A stretch of DNA of 64,000 bases, from contig JBAZFU010000001.1 of assembly GCA_041653195.1 (NCBI GenBank), positions 415 to 64,414 on the forward strand, in the 5' to 3' direction. Source of the stretch: an archaeon. GTDB lineage: Archaea; Iainarchaeota; Iainarchaeia; Iainarchaeales; JAAZKV01. Shown here piece by piece: positions 7,905-17,522 of this stretch (position 1 is the stretch's first letter; each line of letters begins with the position of its first letter). Made by a program: the position numbers and the translations under genes. The notes beneath the pieces were generated by a model. That model made no database searches and had not been told where the DNA came from. It saw only the letters and a list, made by a program, of their open reading frames with translations.

Positions 7905-8546
7905 TCACTTTTTCTTAAAATAAAATTTTCTAACAAGCAAAAAAACAACCGCCAAAAAAACGACTACACAGATTAGCGGCAGAGCAAACGGAAGCAACCC
8001 GCTCAAAACTCCGCCAACCCACTGGGCGCCGAAAAAAACAATATACGCAAAAACAAAATAACGCGCCGCCTTTCCAATTAAACATCCGAGAAAAAAATTT
8101 TTGAAAGGATATTTCAACAAGCCCGCAGAAATTCCTATGACATCAAACGGAAGCGGAATAAAAGCAAGAAACGCGATTACCGGAATTCCGCGGCCCGCAA
8201 TACTTTCCTTCAATTCCTTGAGCCTTCCAACCTCGCTCTTCTTCATGCTCTCAAAACTTTGAATGCCCGCACGGCCGACAAAATAACTCGACATTTCTCC
8301 TATCGCGGCGCCGGACCCATAAATTATTCCAAGTAAACCGACTGTAAAAATTCCGAGCCCGAAATAATCAATGCCGCTGCCAATCACCAGAATAAAAACC
8401 AAATCTGTCGGCATCGGGAGAATAAGCGAAGCATTCCCAATGATTGCTGCAATGAAAAGCCCGACCGGGCCTATCTGCGCAAAAAACATCATCAACGAAG
8501 AAAGTAACTGCACAAGCTGGCTAAAACCGAACGAAAATCCGGACAT
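7905..8546 (-). CDS. DedA/SNARE-associated (VTT-domain) membrane protein
   Basis: GEMSSYFVGRAG and PFDVIGISAGLLKYPFKNFFLGCLIGKAARY match the DedA family pattern. Confidence 0.7.
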   Translation of the reverse strand: MSGFSFGFSQLVQLLSSLMMFFAQIGPVGLFIAAIIGNASLILPMPTDLVFILVIGSGIDYFGLGIFTVGLLGIIYGSGAAIGEMSSYFVGRAGIQSFESMKKSEVGRLKELKESIAGRGIPVIAFLAFIPLPFDVIGISAGLLKYPFKNFFLGCLIGKAARYFVFAYIVFFGAQWVGGVLSGLLPFALPLICVVVFLAVVFLLVRKFYFKKK

Positions 8547-8598
8547 GAAAATAAATACAAGACGCCGGTTTATATAGTTTTTGCTGGCAAAAATTCTT

Positions 8599-9009
8599 AT
8601 GGAAAAAAACTACGAAGAAATGCTCGACGAAGCATATTCGCGCCTGCCGAAAAAGGCGCTCGAACACGAAAGATTTGAGATTCCGAGAGTAGAGTCATTC
8701 ATACAGGGGAGCAAAACAATCGTGCCCGGATTCAGCGGACTCATAAAAGACATTAGGCGCGACGAAAAACATTTATTAAAATACTTAACAAAAGAAACCG
8801 CGACGAGCATAACAAAAGCCAATAATCAGCTGACAATAAACGGAAAAGTTGGCGCGATTCAACTGAACAAACTCATAGAAAATTATTTCAACCAATTCGT
8901 TCTCTGTCCCGAATGCAAAAAACCGGATACAAAAATAATTTCAGAAAGAGAAACAAAAATATTGAAATGCGAGGCGTGCGGCGCACTAAGCCCTGTGAAA
9001 GGAATCTGA
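8599..9009 (+). CDS. eif2b: Translation initiation factor 2 subunit beta (aIF2-beta)
   Basis: C-terminal zinc ribbon CPECKKPDT...CEACGA and an N-terminal YEEMLDEAYSRLP. The track ORF starts at TTG 8581. Confidence 0.9.
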   Translation: MEKNYEEMLDEAYSRLPKKALEHERFEIPRVESFIQGSKTIVPGFSGLIKDIRRDEKHLLKYLTKETATSITKANNQLTINGKVGAIQLNKLIENYFNQFVLCPECKKPDTKIISERETKILKCEACGALSPVKGI

Positions 9010-9065
9010 TTTTTTCAATAATCCTTAAACAAAATTTTTAATATTTTTAAAAAGAAGGAGATTTT

Positions 9066-9356
9066 TTGATAGCAAAAATACACCAAATCGATCAAAGAAA
9101 AATACTGGCAGTATGCGACAAGGAACACATCGGAAAAACATTCGAAAGCGGAAAAATAACATTCACCGCTTCTGCAAAATTTTACGGAGGAAAAGAAATT
9201 TCCGCCGAAGAATTCGAAGAAATGCTCAAAGAAGCAGACAGCGCGAACCTATTCGGAAACAAGTGCGTCGAAATCGCCCAAAAAAAAGGTTTAATAACCG
9301 AATCAGGCGTGATTCTAATAAGCGGAATAAAACACTCCCAAATCTACCAAATGTGA
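9066..9356 (+). CDS. DUF424-like protein
   Basis: 96 aa, ILAVCDKEHIGKTF..., in the position between aIF2-beta and aIF1A typical for this family. TTG start. The family call is from memory. Confidence 0.5.
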   Translation: MIAKIHQIDQRKILAVCDKEHIGKTFESGKITFTASAKFYGGKEISAEEFEEMLKEADSANLFGNKCVEIAQKKGLITESGVILISGIKHSQIYQM

Positions 9357-9383
9357 TTTTTAAATTTTCAAAACGGTGAAACT

Positions 9384-9773
9384 ATGGCAAACTTTAACAG
9401 TCAAAAAAGAAAAAACGCTCCTTTCAAAAAGAAAGGCGGCTCGTTCAACAGACCAGCCTTTGAAACCGAAGCGGAAGAAAATGCAGCTTACCAGCGTCTG
9501 AGACTTCCAAACAGAGATGAACTCGAACAATTCGGGCTTGTTACACAGCTAATGGGCGGAACACAAATAAAAGCGATATGCGAAGACGGAATCGAAAGGA
9601 ACTTGAGAATACCTGGAAAAATGAAAAAAAAGTTCTGGATACGCGAAAATGATGTTGTTATTGTAAAATTGTGGGATTTCCAGCCGAGCAAAGGCGACAT
9701 AGTGTGGAGATACATGGGCAGCCAAATCGGGTGGCTCAAAAGAAACGGAAAACTCGGAAAACTGCCGGTTTAA
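9384..9773 (+). CDS. eif1a: Translation initiation factor 1A (aIF1A)
   Basis: S1-like OB core GGTQIKAICEDGIERNLRIPGKMKKKFWIRENDVVIV. Confidence 0.9.
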   Translation: MANFNSQKRKNAPFKKKGGSFNRPAFETEAEENAAYQRLRLPNRDELEQFGLVTQLMGGTQIKAICEDGIERNLRIPGKMKKKFWIRENDVVIVKLWDFQPSKGDIVWRYMGSQIGWLKRNGKLGKLPV

Positions 9774-9788
9774 ATTTGCGCATTATTT

Positions 9789-10637
9789 TTGACCGAACCA
9801 ATTTCTTTAAAAAATCCAATAACCAACTCTTCTTCTATGAGAGAAATTGAAAAGTCCAAAACACCGGAAAGGCTGCCGAAAAAGTTTGTCGAAACAATGG
9901 TAAAGGACGATAATACCAGACGAATATTCAACGACGTTTTCGACGGAGCAACAATAGCCGCGGTACACGAACTCGCACGCAAAAAATATTTTGATGCGGT
10001 TGAATTCGTGGTTTCAACCGGAAAAGAAGGAAACGTTTTCAGATGCAAGGGCGGAAAAAATTATTACGCGCTCAAAATATACAAAATAGAAACCTCCGAT
10101 TTCAACCGAATGCAGGAATACATAATCGGCGATGAGCGATTCAAAAATGTGAGAAAAGGAAAGCTTGAAACTGTAATTGCTTGGACAAAAAAAGAATTCA
10201 AAAATTTAACCGAATTCAAAAAAGCGGGCATAAGAACACCTAATCCGATAATATTCAAAAGAAACTGCTTACTAATGGAATTTATCGGCAGCGAAGGAGA
10301 AGCGGCACCCACGGCAAAAGAAAAGCCTTTCGCGGAGCCGGAAAAACAGTATGAAAAAATGTGCGAATACCTGGCAAAAATGATTGAAGCGAAACTTGTG
10401 CACGCGGATTTAAGCGAATACAATATTCTGAACGATGATGAAGAAATGGTAATAATTGATGCGGGCCAGGCAGTCAGCACGCTCCACCCAAAAGCGAAAG
10501 AATTTTTCGAAAGAGATATTAGAAACCTCTCAAAATGGTTCGCGAAAAAAGGAGTAGCCACTGATTTTGAAAAAATGTACGAAAAAATAAAAGCAAAAAC
10601 CAAAGAAAAAAAAGAAACGCAAAAGACTTCAAAATGA
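9789..10637 (+). CDS. rio1: RIO-type serine protein kinase (Rio1-like, no N-terminal wHTH)
   Basis: STGKEGNVF nucleotide loop, catalytic LVHADLSEYNIL and metal-binding IIDAGQAV. The start is uncertain (TTG 9789 or ATG 9837). Confidence 0.85.
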   Translation: MTEPISLKNPITNSSSMREIEKSKTPERLPKKFVETMVKDDNTRRIFNDVFDGATIAAVHELARKKYFDAVEFVVSTGKEGNVFRCKGGKNYYALKIYKIETSDFNRMQEYIIGDERFKNVRKGKLETVIAWTKKEFKNLTEFKKAGIRTPNPIIFKRNCLLMEFIGSEGEAAPTAKEKPFAEPEKQYEKMCEYLAKMIEAKLVHADLSEYNILNDDEEMVIIDAGQAVSTLHPKAKEFFERDIRNLSKWFAKKGVATDFEKMYEKIKAKTKEKKETQKTSK

Positions 10638-10788
10638 ATACGGACGAGAAAAAAGCCTTAAAAGATTTTTAAACATTTGTAATTATTCTTATATTATAGG
10701 GCTAATTTGAAAAACCATGCTTTTGAAATTTCCGCCTCTTAAAGATAAGGGTTTCGGATTTAAATTGTTTTTACTTAAAGGTGATTGA

Positions 10789-11307
10789 ATGGAAGAAATA
10801 ATACGAATTCCTCACGATCGAATCGGCGCACTCATTGGCTCTGACGGAAAAACAAAAAAAACCATTGAGTTGAAAACGAAAACAAAAATAGAAGTCGATT
10901 CGGAAAACGGAGAAATAACAGTTTTCGGCGAAGGCGAGGAATTCTTCAAAGCGACCGACATTGTCAAGGCAATCGCCCGCGGATTCTCGCCGTTAAGGGC
11001 ATTCGCACTGTTCAAAGAATGGAACGTCCTCAAAATAATCGAAATACAGGAATTCACCGGAAAAAATTCGTCAAAACAAAAAGCGCGGCGCGGAAGAGTA
11101 ATAGGAAAAGGCGGATTGGCGCGCGAACAAATCGAGAAAAAAACGAATTCATTAATCTCTGTTCAGGGAAAAACCGTTGCAATAATCGCGCGCGAAGAAG
11201 ACATGCGAGTTGCGGAAGCGGCGATTGAAATGCTATTGGAAGGCGCGAAACACGAAACCACAACAAGATTCATAAACAGGGCGCAAACCGAAAGATTCGA
11301 ACTCTAA
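10789..11307 (+). CDS. KH-domain RNA-binding protein (Dim2/Pno1-like)
   Basis: Two KH GxxG loops (IGSDGKTKK and IGKGGLAREQ). It follows the RIO kinase gene, as in the conserved archaeal cluster. Confidence 0.8.
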   Translation: MEEIIRIPHDRIGALIGSDGKTKKTIELKTKTKIEVDSENGEITVFGEGEEFFKATDIVKAIARGFSPLRAFALFKEWNVLKIIEIQEFTGKNSSKQKARRGRVIGKGGLAREQIEKKTNSLISVQGKTVAIIAREEDMRVAEAAIEMLLEGAKHETTTRFINRAQTERFEL

Positions 11308-11446
11308 AAAACAAAAAACCCAGAAAAAAACTTCAAAAAGCGCCGCCAAAATTGAAAAGTTGCCGAAAAAAAAGCCTGGTGAGGTAATAAAAAGTTTATT
11401 GTTTTAAGATTAATGCGCAAAAACAAGAAAAATTGCTGGTGAGCAA

Positions 11447-13210
11447 ATGGCTGAAAAAAACAAAGAAAAAGAAAAATCAAAAAAGGAAATAGAAAAGCCG
11501 AAAAAGGAAGAAGCCTCGGAAGAAGAAATTAACGAGAGCAACGCGGCACTCGTAAAAAACATTGACAAAGAATTCAAAGAACACAGCGTAGCCGAATTCT
11601 TCAAAAAGAACAAGCAAATGTTAGGCCTTTATGGAAAAGTAAGAACGCTCACAATGGTTGTCCACGAATATGTCACGAACAGCTTAGACGCCTGCGAAGA
11701 AGCAAACATTCTACCAGAAATAGATGTTAAAATTGACGAGCTCGGTTCCGAATATTATCAGGTCACAGTAACAGATAACGGCCCGGGAATATCAAGGGAA
11801 AATGTGGGCAAAGCATTCGGAAAACTTTTAGCGGGAACAAAATTTCACAGACTAATACAAGCGAGAGGCCAACAGGGAATAGGCTGTTCGGGATGTACAA
11901 TGCTCGCGCAAATGACGACCGGGAAACCCTCAAAAATAATTACAGGGCGAAAAGGGCAAAAAGCGATTTCGCTGGAAATAACTGTTGATCCGAAAACAAA
12001 CGAACCGAAAATTGCGGACTTAAAAGAATTCGGAAAAGAATTCAACGGCACTGCTGTGCAAGCAAAATTTAAAGGCGTTATTTACAGGGACTCGGAACAG
12101 GGCCCAATGGAATATTTGAGAAGAACGGCCATTGCAAATCCGCACGCTCAAATATCTTTCAGAGACCCTGCAGGAAAAAAAATTGTTTTCAAGAGAACCG
12201 GAAAAGAAATTCCTGCGCCGCCAAAAGAAATAAAGCCGCACCCGAAAGGAGTCACAATAGACGATTTGCTTTCAATGAGCAAAGTTTCGAAAGCAAGAAC
12301 CGTTGCAAGTTTCTTAACGACTGATTTTGATAGGATGGGCGCAAAAGGGGTTGAAGAAGTAAAAAAAAGAGTAAACTTCGACATGGCAAAAGACCCTAAG
12401 AAATTGACCTGGGACGAAGCGGAAGAAATAATAAAATCCTTTAAAGAAATTGATTTCATTGCACCAAGCACCGACGCGCTAAGACCAATAGGCGAAGAAA
12501 GAATAAAAAATTCTCTTCAAAGCATAGTTCAGCCAGAATTTTTAACAGTGCTTACAAGAAAGCCGGCGGTTTATGCGGGCGGATTCCCTTTCCAGATAGA
12601 AATCGGAATAGCTTACGGTGGAAATGCAGGAAGACCGGGCGGAGAGGGCACGGAAAGAAGAATCGAAATAATGAGGTTTGCAAATAAATCACCGTTGCTT
12701 TTTGATGCTGGAAGCTGCGCGCTCACAAAAGCAGTTCAAACCGTTGAATGGAAAAGATACGGAATAAAAGATGTGGAACAGGCGCCTCTAACAGTGCTGG
12801 TAAATTTTATTTCGGTCCACATACCTTACACTGGCGCAGGAAAACAGGCGATTGCAGACGAAGAAGAAGTGCTCGAAGAAATAAGACTCGCGCTAATGCA
12901 AACAGGAAGAAGAGCAGGCATTTACATTTCAAAAAGAAGAAGAGAACAGGAAAACCAGTTAAAGAGAGAACTCTTCTACAAATTCATACCTGAAATAGTT
13001 GAAGCACTGCACAAAATTACCGGCGAAAATAAAGCATCGATGCAAAAAAAACTAGAAAAAGTGGTTCTTGAGAAATTGAAACTTGAGGATGCGGAAGAAG
13101 CAAAAAAATCAAGAGCTGATGATAAGGCAATGAAAGAAATGGACAGCGACAGCACATACATTCAAAAGAAGAAAAAGGGCGAAGACAAAGTTGAGAAAGA
13201 AGAAGAATAA
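11447..13210 (+). CDS. top6B: DNA topoisomerase VI subunit B
   Basis: Bergerat-fold motifs EYVTNSLDACEE and DNGPGI. Both termini carry K/E-rich extensions. Confidence 0.9.
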   Translation: MAEKNKEKEKSKKEIEKPKKEEASEEEINESNAALVKNIDKEFKEHSVAEFFKKNKQMLGLYGKVRTLTMVVHEYVTNSLDACEEANILPEIDVKIDELGSEYYQVTVTDNGPGISRENVGKAFGKLLAGTKFHRLIQARGQQGIGCSGCTMLAQMTTGKPSKIITGRKGQKAISLEITVDPKTNEPKIADLKEFGKEFNGTAVQAKFKGVIYRDSEQGPMEYLRRTAIANPHAQISFRDPAGKKIVFKRTGKEIPAPPKEIKPHPKGVTIDDLLSMSKVSKARTVASFLTTDFDRMGAKGVEEVKKRVNFDMAKDPKKLTWDEAEEIIKSFKEIDFIAPSTDALRPIGEERIKNSLQSIVQPEFLTVLTRKPAVYAGGFPFQIEIGIAYGGNAGRPGGEGTERRIEIMRFANKSPLLFDAGSCALTKAVQTVEWKRYGIKDVEQAPLTVLVNFISVHIPYTGAGKQAIADEEEVLEEIRLALMQTGRRAGIYISKRRREQENQLKRELFYKFIPEIVEALHKITGENKASMQKKLEKVVLEKLKLEDAEEAKKSRADDKAMKEMDSDSTYIQKKKKGEDKVEKEEE

Positions 13211-13241
13211 AAAATTTGTTAGGTTTGAAGGGTGAATAAAG

Positions 13242-14384
13242 ATGGCAAGAATAATTCCAAAAGAAAAAGCAAAAACAAAGGAAGCAAAAGTCGGATCGAA
13301 AGAAATTGCCGAGAGGCTAAAAAAAATGTCCGAAGGAATAGTAAAAGAAATTAACGCCGGAAAAGATCCAAGCTTTACCACTGCTCAAAGAGGAAAAGGA
13401 AACGTTGAATGGGACGAGGAAAAAGGTTACCTTGGTCTTGGAGACAAAACCGCTACAAGAAACTTCCTCAACATAGCGCACGCAAAAAAATTCATGCAAA
13501 CAACCCTAATCACTGCGAAAACTCACGAGTATTTGAAACACAACAAAACCGCCTCTATTCGTGAAATTTATTACGAATTAAAACACACTGTTGAAGGAAC
13601 AAAGGAAAACACTTTCGAGGGACAGGACGAAAGCGACCCCATAATAGTTGACATAGAACATAGTGTCGACACCATCAGGGAAAAATTAAATTTACATGCG
13701 AACCCGAAAGGAACACTTTACGGAGACATAAGTTTGAAAGACAAAATGCACAATAACGACAAGTTCAACGCATCAAAACTCGGAAGAGGCGGATGGAGCA
13801 TAATGTCAAGAGTTGAACCGGAAGAAATAGAAATTGTTGATGCCGACGCGGATTACTGTTTAGTAGTTGAAACCGAAGCGATGTTCGAAAGGCTTATTGA
13901 AGAAGGATTTCCGCTTGAAAACAAATGCTTACTAATAGGAACAGGGGGACAAGCGGCAAGAGGAACGAGAAGGCTTGTGCACAGAGTGCATTCTGAACTC
14001 GAAATGCCAATTTACGTTTTCACGGACGGAGACCCCTACGGATGGTACATTTACTCGGTAGTAAAGCAGGGTTCGATGGCGCTCGCCGCCCACTCGGAAT
14101 TCCTTTCTGTGCCCGACGCAAAATATATCGGAATGACTCTCGACGACGTCGAAACTTACGATTTGAAAAATGTGACAGAAAAAATGAAAGAAGCGGACAT
14201 AAAAAGAGCGGAAGAAATGATGGAGTATCCTTGGTTCAAAAACGAAGGATGGCAAAGGCAGCTGAAAAAAGCGCTCACAATGAAAATCAGAATTGAACAA
14301 CAGGCGCTCGCAAACAAGAGCCTTGACTTCGTTGCAACAAAATACTTGCCGGAAAAAATCAAAAAGAAAGACTTTTTGGAATAA
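13242..14384 (+). CDS. top6A: DNA topoisomerase VI subunit A (Spo11 family)
   Basis: Catalytic Tyr region REIYYEL, Toprim VVETEAMFERL and DGDPYGWYI. Confidence 0.9.
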   Translation: MARIIPKEKAKTKEAKVGSKEIAERLKKMSEGIVKEINAGKDPSFTTAQRGKGNVEWDEEKGYLGLGDKTATRNFLNIAHAKKFMQTTLITAKTHEYLKHNKTASIREIYYELKHTVEGTKENTFEGQDESDPIIVDIEHSVDTIREKLNLHANPKGTLYGDISLKDKMHNNDKFNASKLGRGGWSIMSRVEPEEIEIVDADADYCLVVETEAMFERLIEEGFPLENKCLLIGTGGQAARGTRRLVHRVHSELEMPIYVFTDGDPYGWYIYSVVKQGSMALAAHSEFLSVPDAKYIGMTLDDVETYDLKNVTEKMKEADIKRAEEMMEYPWFKNEGWQRQLKKALTMKIRIEQQALANKSLDFVATKYLPEKIKKKDFLE

Positions 14385-14401
14385 ATTGAGACGACATAGC
14401 A

Positions 14402-15184
14402 ATGGAACTTAATGACCCTACAGTGTTCTTTTCGAGCTTTTGGGCTATTCTGCTAATAGCGGGCGTGTTGGCCATCGTCATATACAGTTTCATGCGAAAG
14501 GGCAAAAAAAATATTTTCACAAAAATAATTCCCCCAATAGATGCAACGCAAGTTTTAATAGTTTTGATAGTTCTTGCACTGGTTGTCATTATAATCTTTG
14601 ACGAAATAGTGAAATTCATTTATGCTTCCGGCTTAGCAGTTGGATTCATTTTAATTTTTTTACCAATCACCATCCTATATGTTATTGCACTATTTGAAGT
14701 GAAATCACTAATATCCAACAAAAAATCCCAAAAAGCATTTGAATGGGAATATGATCTAAGCCCAAAACTTGGATTGGGCGCAATAATTTTCGGCGGATTC
14801 GTGCCTGCCGTATTGGCAATAGGCGCAGGGCTGCAATTATTTGCCAATAGTTTCAATTTCCAAAATGAAAGTTTGATGGTAACGATTTTTATTGTAATAC
14901 AGCTATTGATAATATGCTACGGGCTAATACGCAATTTTGTAATCCTTTTCTTGACAGCCGCCATATACGAAATGAGCACAGGCAATTTGGGCATGGAAAC
15001 TGCCGCAAAAACTGTTTCAGCTGAAATTTTGTTAAACGTCTCTCAAAGCAAAAAAAAGGTCTTATTCGCTTCAATTTTAACAATATTAATATTCTGCGGC
15101 AACTTGGTTATTGGCTTACATTGGGTCGCTAGCGCGTTCTATACAATAATAATTGCACAAACTGTGACAGTCATTATAAAATAA
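14402..15184 (+). CDS. Polytopic membrane protein, function unknown
   Basis: 260 aa with about 7 hydrophobic helices and no recognised motif. Confidence 0.5.
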   Translation: MELNDPTVFFSSFWAILLIAGVLAIVIYSFMRKGKKNIFTKIIPPIDATQVLIVLIVLALVVIIIFDEIVKFIYASGLAVGFILIFLPITILYVIALFEVKSLISNKKSQKAFEWEYDLSPKLGLGAIIFGGFVPAVLAIGAGLQLFANSFNFQNESLMVTIFIVIQLLIICYGLIRNFVILFLTAAIYEMSTGNLGMETAAKTVSAEILLNVSQSKKKVLFASILTILIFCGNLVIGLHWVASAFYTIIIAQTVTVIIK

Positions 15185-15199
15185 CACAATAAAAAAAAA

Positions 15200-16408
15200 T
15201 TAATCCACCTCAAGCAACACTTCCTCGGCTTTTTCGTTTTCGCCTTCTGAAAGAAGCCCGAACATCCTCCGTGAATCAAAGCCCTCGAGTTTGGCTTCCT
15301 CGACATTTTTTTCCAAAATATCCTCGCCGATTTCAAGAATGCTTTTCCTTTTCAAATGCTCTTCCCTGAAAGATTCCATTTTCTTCTCGAAACGCTCGGA
15401 AGAAAACTCCTTCGAAATTGAGAGAATAGTTTTCTGCTCCGCATCCTTCAAGTCAAAAGAAATATCCGACTGCGAAAAGCCTTTCGCGAGAGTGCCGACC
15501 AGCCTGAATCTTATGAGCGGCTTTAGTTCAAAATCTTTACACAAAATGTTGGACACTTTTTCTTCCACAGCGCTTTTTACTTCTTCGGGCTTCGCCCCCT
15601 TAAAACTAATTTTCTCATAAAAAAGTTTTCTCTGAACAGGAAACGGAACAAATTCGATTTTTTTTGAAACCGTGTCAAACAAAAAAAGTCCTTTCTCGCG
15701 CTCCGCCTCTAATTTTTTCATTTGCGTGAAAACGGTTGAGCCGGTCAAAAGCAGGCGCCTGCCTTCTGAGTTCTGTTCATCCTGCCAATGCAAATGGCCG
15801 TCAACAATCAAATCAAATCCATTAGGCAAATCGCTGAGGGAGAGCGAAGCGACAGACTCGTCTCCAAAAGGCAAAAACTCTGTGAAAGATTGGTGCAAAA
15901 GAAGCACATTCTTCGCCCCTTCAACAAGCACAGGCGCAAATTTCTGGAGAACCGCTTTCGCATTCCTTTCAGGAACACCGCCCATTCCGTGAATCGCAAC
16001 TTTCTCACCGTTCTTTTCCAAAACCACTTTCGCGCAATGCAATTGAACCAAAAAACCGGCGGATTCCAAAACGTCAAGAGCATTCGCAAAATCCTTTCCC
16101 CTGAACTCGTGCGTCCCGTGAATCGCAAAAAAAGGAATCCCCCGCATCGAAACGCTTTCGCTTTCGTCGAACTTTTCTCTCACAAAAGAAGTTTCTTTCC
16201 CGCGGTTTTCCGAAAAGCAATCGAAGGCTTTCCGCCAAACTTCCTGCCCCGGAACGGCCTCGTCAAACAAATCGCCGGCATGAAGAACCGCATCAACATT
16301 TTTTTTTCTGAAAAAAGCGAGCGCTTCCTTCAAACGCTCAAAAGATTCATCACAAATATCTCCGTCTCCAAAGCCTAGGTGGGTGTCCGAAAAAATTCCG
16401 AGAAGCAT
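15200..16408 (-). CDS. mre11: Mre11-type DNA repair nuclease (calcineurin-like phosphoesterase)
   Basis: Motifs SDTHLG, HAGDLFD, AIHGTHE and GHLHW in the canonical order. Confidence 0.8.
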   Translation of the reverse strand: MLLGIFSDTHLGFGDGDICDESFERLKEALAFFRKKNVDAVLHAGDLFDEAVPGQEVWRKAFDCFSENRGKETSFVREKFDESESVSMRGIPFFAIHGTHEFRGKDFANALDVLESAGFLVQLHCAKVVLEKNGEKVAIHGMGGVPERNAKAVLQKFAPVLVEGAKNVLLLHQSFTEFLPFGDESVASLSLSDLPNGFDLIVDGHLHWQDEQNSEGRRLLLTGSTVFTQMKKLEAEREKGLFLFDTVSKKIEFVPFPVQRKLFYEKISFKGAKPEEVKSAVEEKVSNILCKDFELKPLIRFRLVGTLAKGFSQSDISFDLKDAEQKTILSISKEFSSERFEKKMESFREEHLKRKSILEIGEDILEKNVEEAKLEGFDSRRMFGLLSEGENEKAEEVLLEVD

Positions 16409-16467
16409 AAAGTAAATTTGAGAGAAAAGATTAAATTAGGGATTCCTGTGCTGTACCGGTCGAAGGC

Positions 16468-17325
16468 TTAACTAAAATAGGTTTTTGAAGAATTAAGAAT
16501 AAACGGGGCGAAAACTTTTTCACCAATAGAAAAATTAATTTTCTCAATTCGATTTGCAGCCGTTTCGGAAGAAAAAAAGGCTAAAATCCTTCCTTCTTCA
16601 AACCGCTTTTTTGCCTCTTCAACAGATATTTCTTTGAAATTATTCAATGAATTCCATTCGCGCAGCTTCCCAAAAGTTTTCGAAAATTTTTTCTCTGTAA
16701 CAGGCAAAACCTTGCAGCCGCTCCTCATCAAGAGCCAACCGAGCGCCAAATCCTTTTTCGCTTTTCCAGACAAAATTAATGCAATCGCGCCCTGAGAACC
16801 GACCGGAAAGCCGCCCGCACCAGCATCGCTATCAAAATAAAAAAAAGCTTCTTCGCCCCAAACAATACAATGAACAGTATTGTCTGGTTTTGAAAGATTA
16901 ACTTTCAGTTTTTTATTTGCAAAAAGAATTTTTTCGCCCATTAGGCAATCAATTTCTTTTGAGCTAATTTCTTTCAAATGGCTTTTCGCGCGAACAGCGA
17001 ATGTTCCTTTACTAATTATTTCCTTTGAAATTTCAACACCCTTTTCTGAAAGAACCTCGACCGATGTAAAATTTGTTCTTTGGGCGATTGAAATCGCGTG
17101 AATACCAAAACATTTCTTCAAAGCAGCGGCAACTTTTTCCGGCTTTGAGGAGCCAATTAAAAACCTCGCACCCAGACCGCTTATCCCATGAAACTCAACG
17201 CCATTTGCTTTCAACAAATCCCTTATGTTTTCGCGCAGCTTTTTTTCAATAAAGCGCCTAACGAAAAAAGTTTTCAAAGAAGTCTCTGGCGCAATGGTCA
17301 CAATAACGCAATTCGGCTCGAACAT
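16468..17325 (-). CDS. ThiI-like THUMP-domain protein with a degenerate PP-loop
   Basis: The N-terminus (IAPETSLKTFFVRRFIEKKL...) and THUMP region resemble ThiI. The position of SGGIDS reads LILSGKAKKDLALGWLLMRSGCKV, and the C-terminal half is truncated. The likely start is ATG 17325; the longer track ORF runs into a structured non-coding region. Confidence 0.7.
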   Translation of the reverse strand: MFEPNCVIVTIAPETSLKTFFVRRFIEKKLRENIRDLLKANGVEFHGISGLGARFLIGSSKPEKVAAALKKCFGIHAISIAQRTNFTSVEVLSEKGVEISKEIISKGTFAVRAKSHLKEISSKEIDCLMGEKILFANKKLKVNLSKPDNTVHCIVWGEEAFFYFDSDAGAGGFPVGSQGAIALILSGKAKKDLALGWLLMRSGCKVLPVTEKKFSKTFGKLREWNSLNNFKEISVEEAKKRFEEGRILAFFSSETAANRIEKINFSIGEKVFAPFILNSSKTYFS

Positions 17326-17446
17326 ACAGAAGGACTCTGAAAAAGAGGTTTTTAAAGAAAACGCTCGACAAATTTTTGAAATATGAAGCACGCCATCCCC
17401 GAAGGGGACGGCACGCCATTGAGCCAATATCAAAGCCCCGCGGAAC

Positions 17447-17522
17447 AAAATCTATCGAGCATGTCCCCGAATGGGACACTCGTCGCGAGCCGACGTGACG
17501 GCTCAGCGAAGATAGATTTTTT
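17447..17522 (+). other. Candidate structured RNA element (three-way junction plus T6)
   Basis: A 10-bp outer stem aaaatctatc/gatagatttt encloses hairpins gtccc-cgaat-gggac (17463-17477) and gagccg-acgtga-cggctc (17487-17504). It ends in T6. The strand is not certain. Confidence 0.3.

Noticed and set aside
10064-10603. Many long antisense or alternate-frame ORFs. Examples: 10064..10603 (-), 19934..20563 (-), 34814..35515 (+), 37674..38306 (+), 54505..55071 (-), 60714..61325 (+) and 62343..62957 (+).
   Set aside because: Each lies entirely inside a gene with clear family motifs on the other strand or frame. The coding strands are extremely purine-rich (AAA/GAA/GGA codons), so the complementary strand rarely contains stop codons. 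Their products are F/S/L-rich, low-complexity nonsense.
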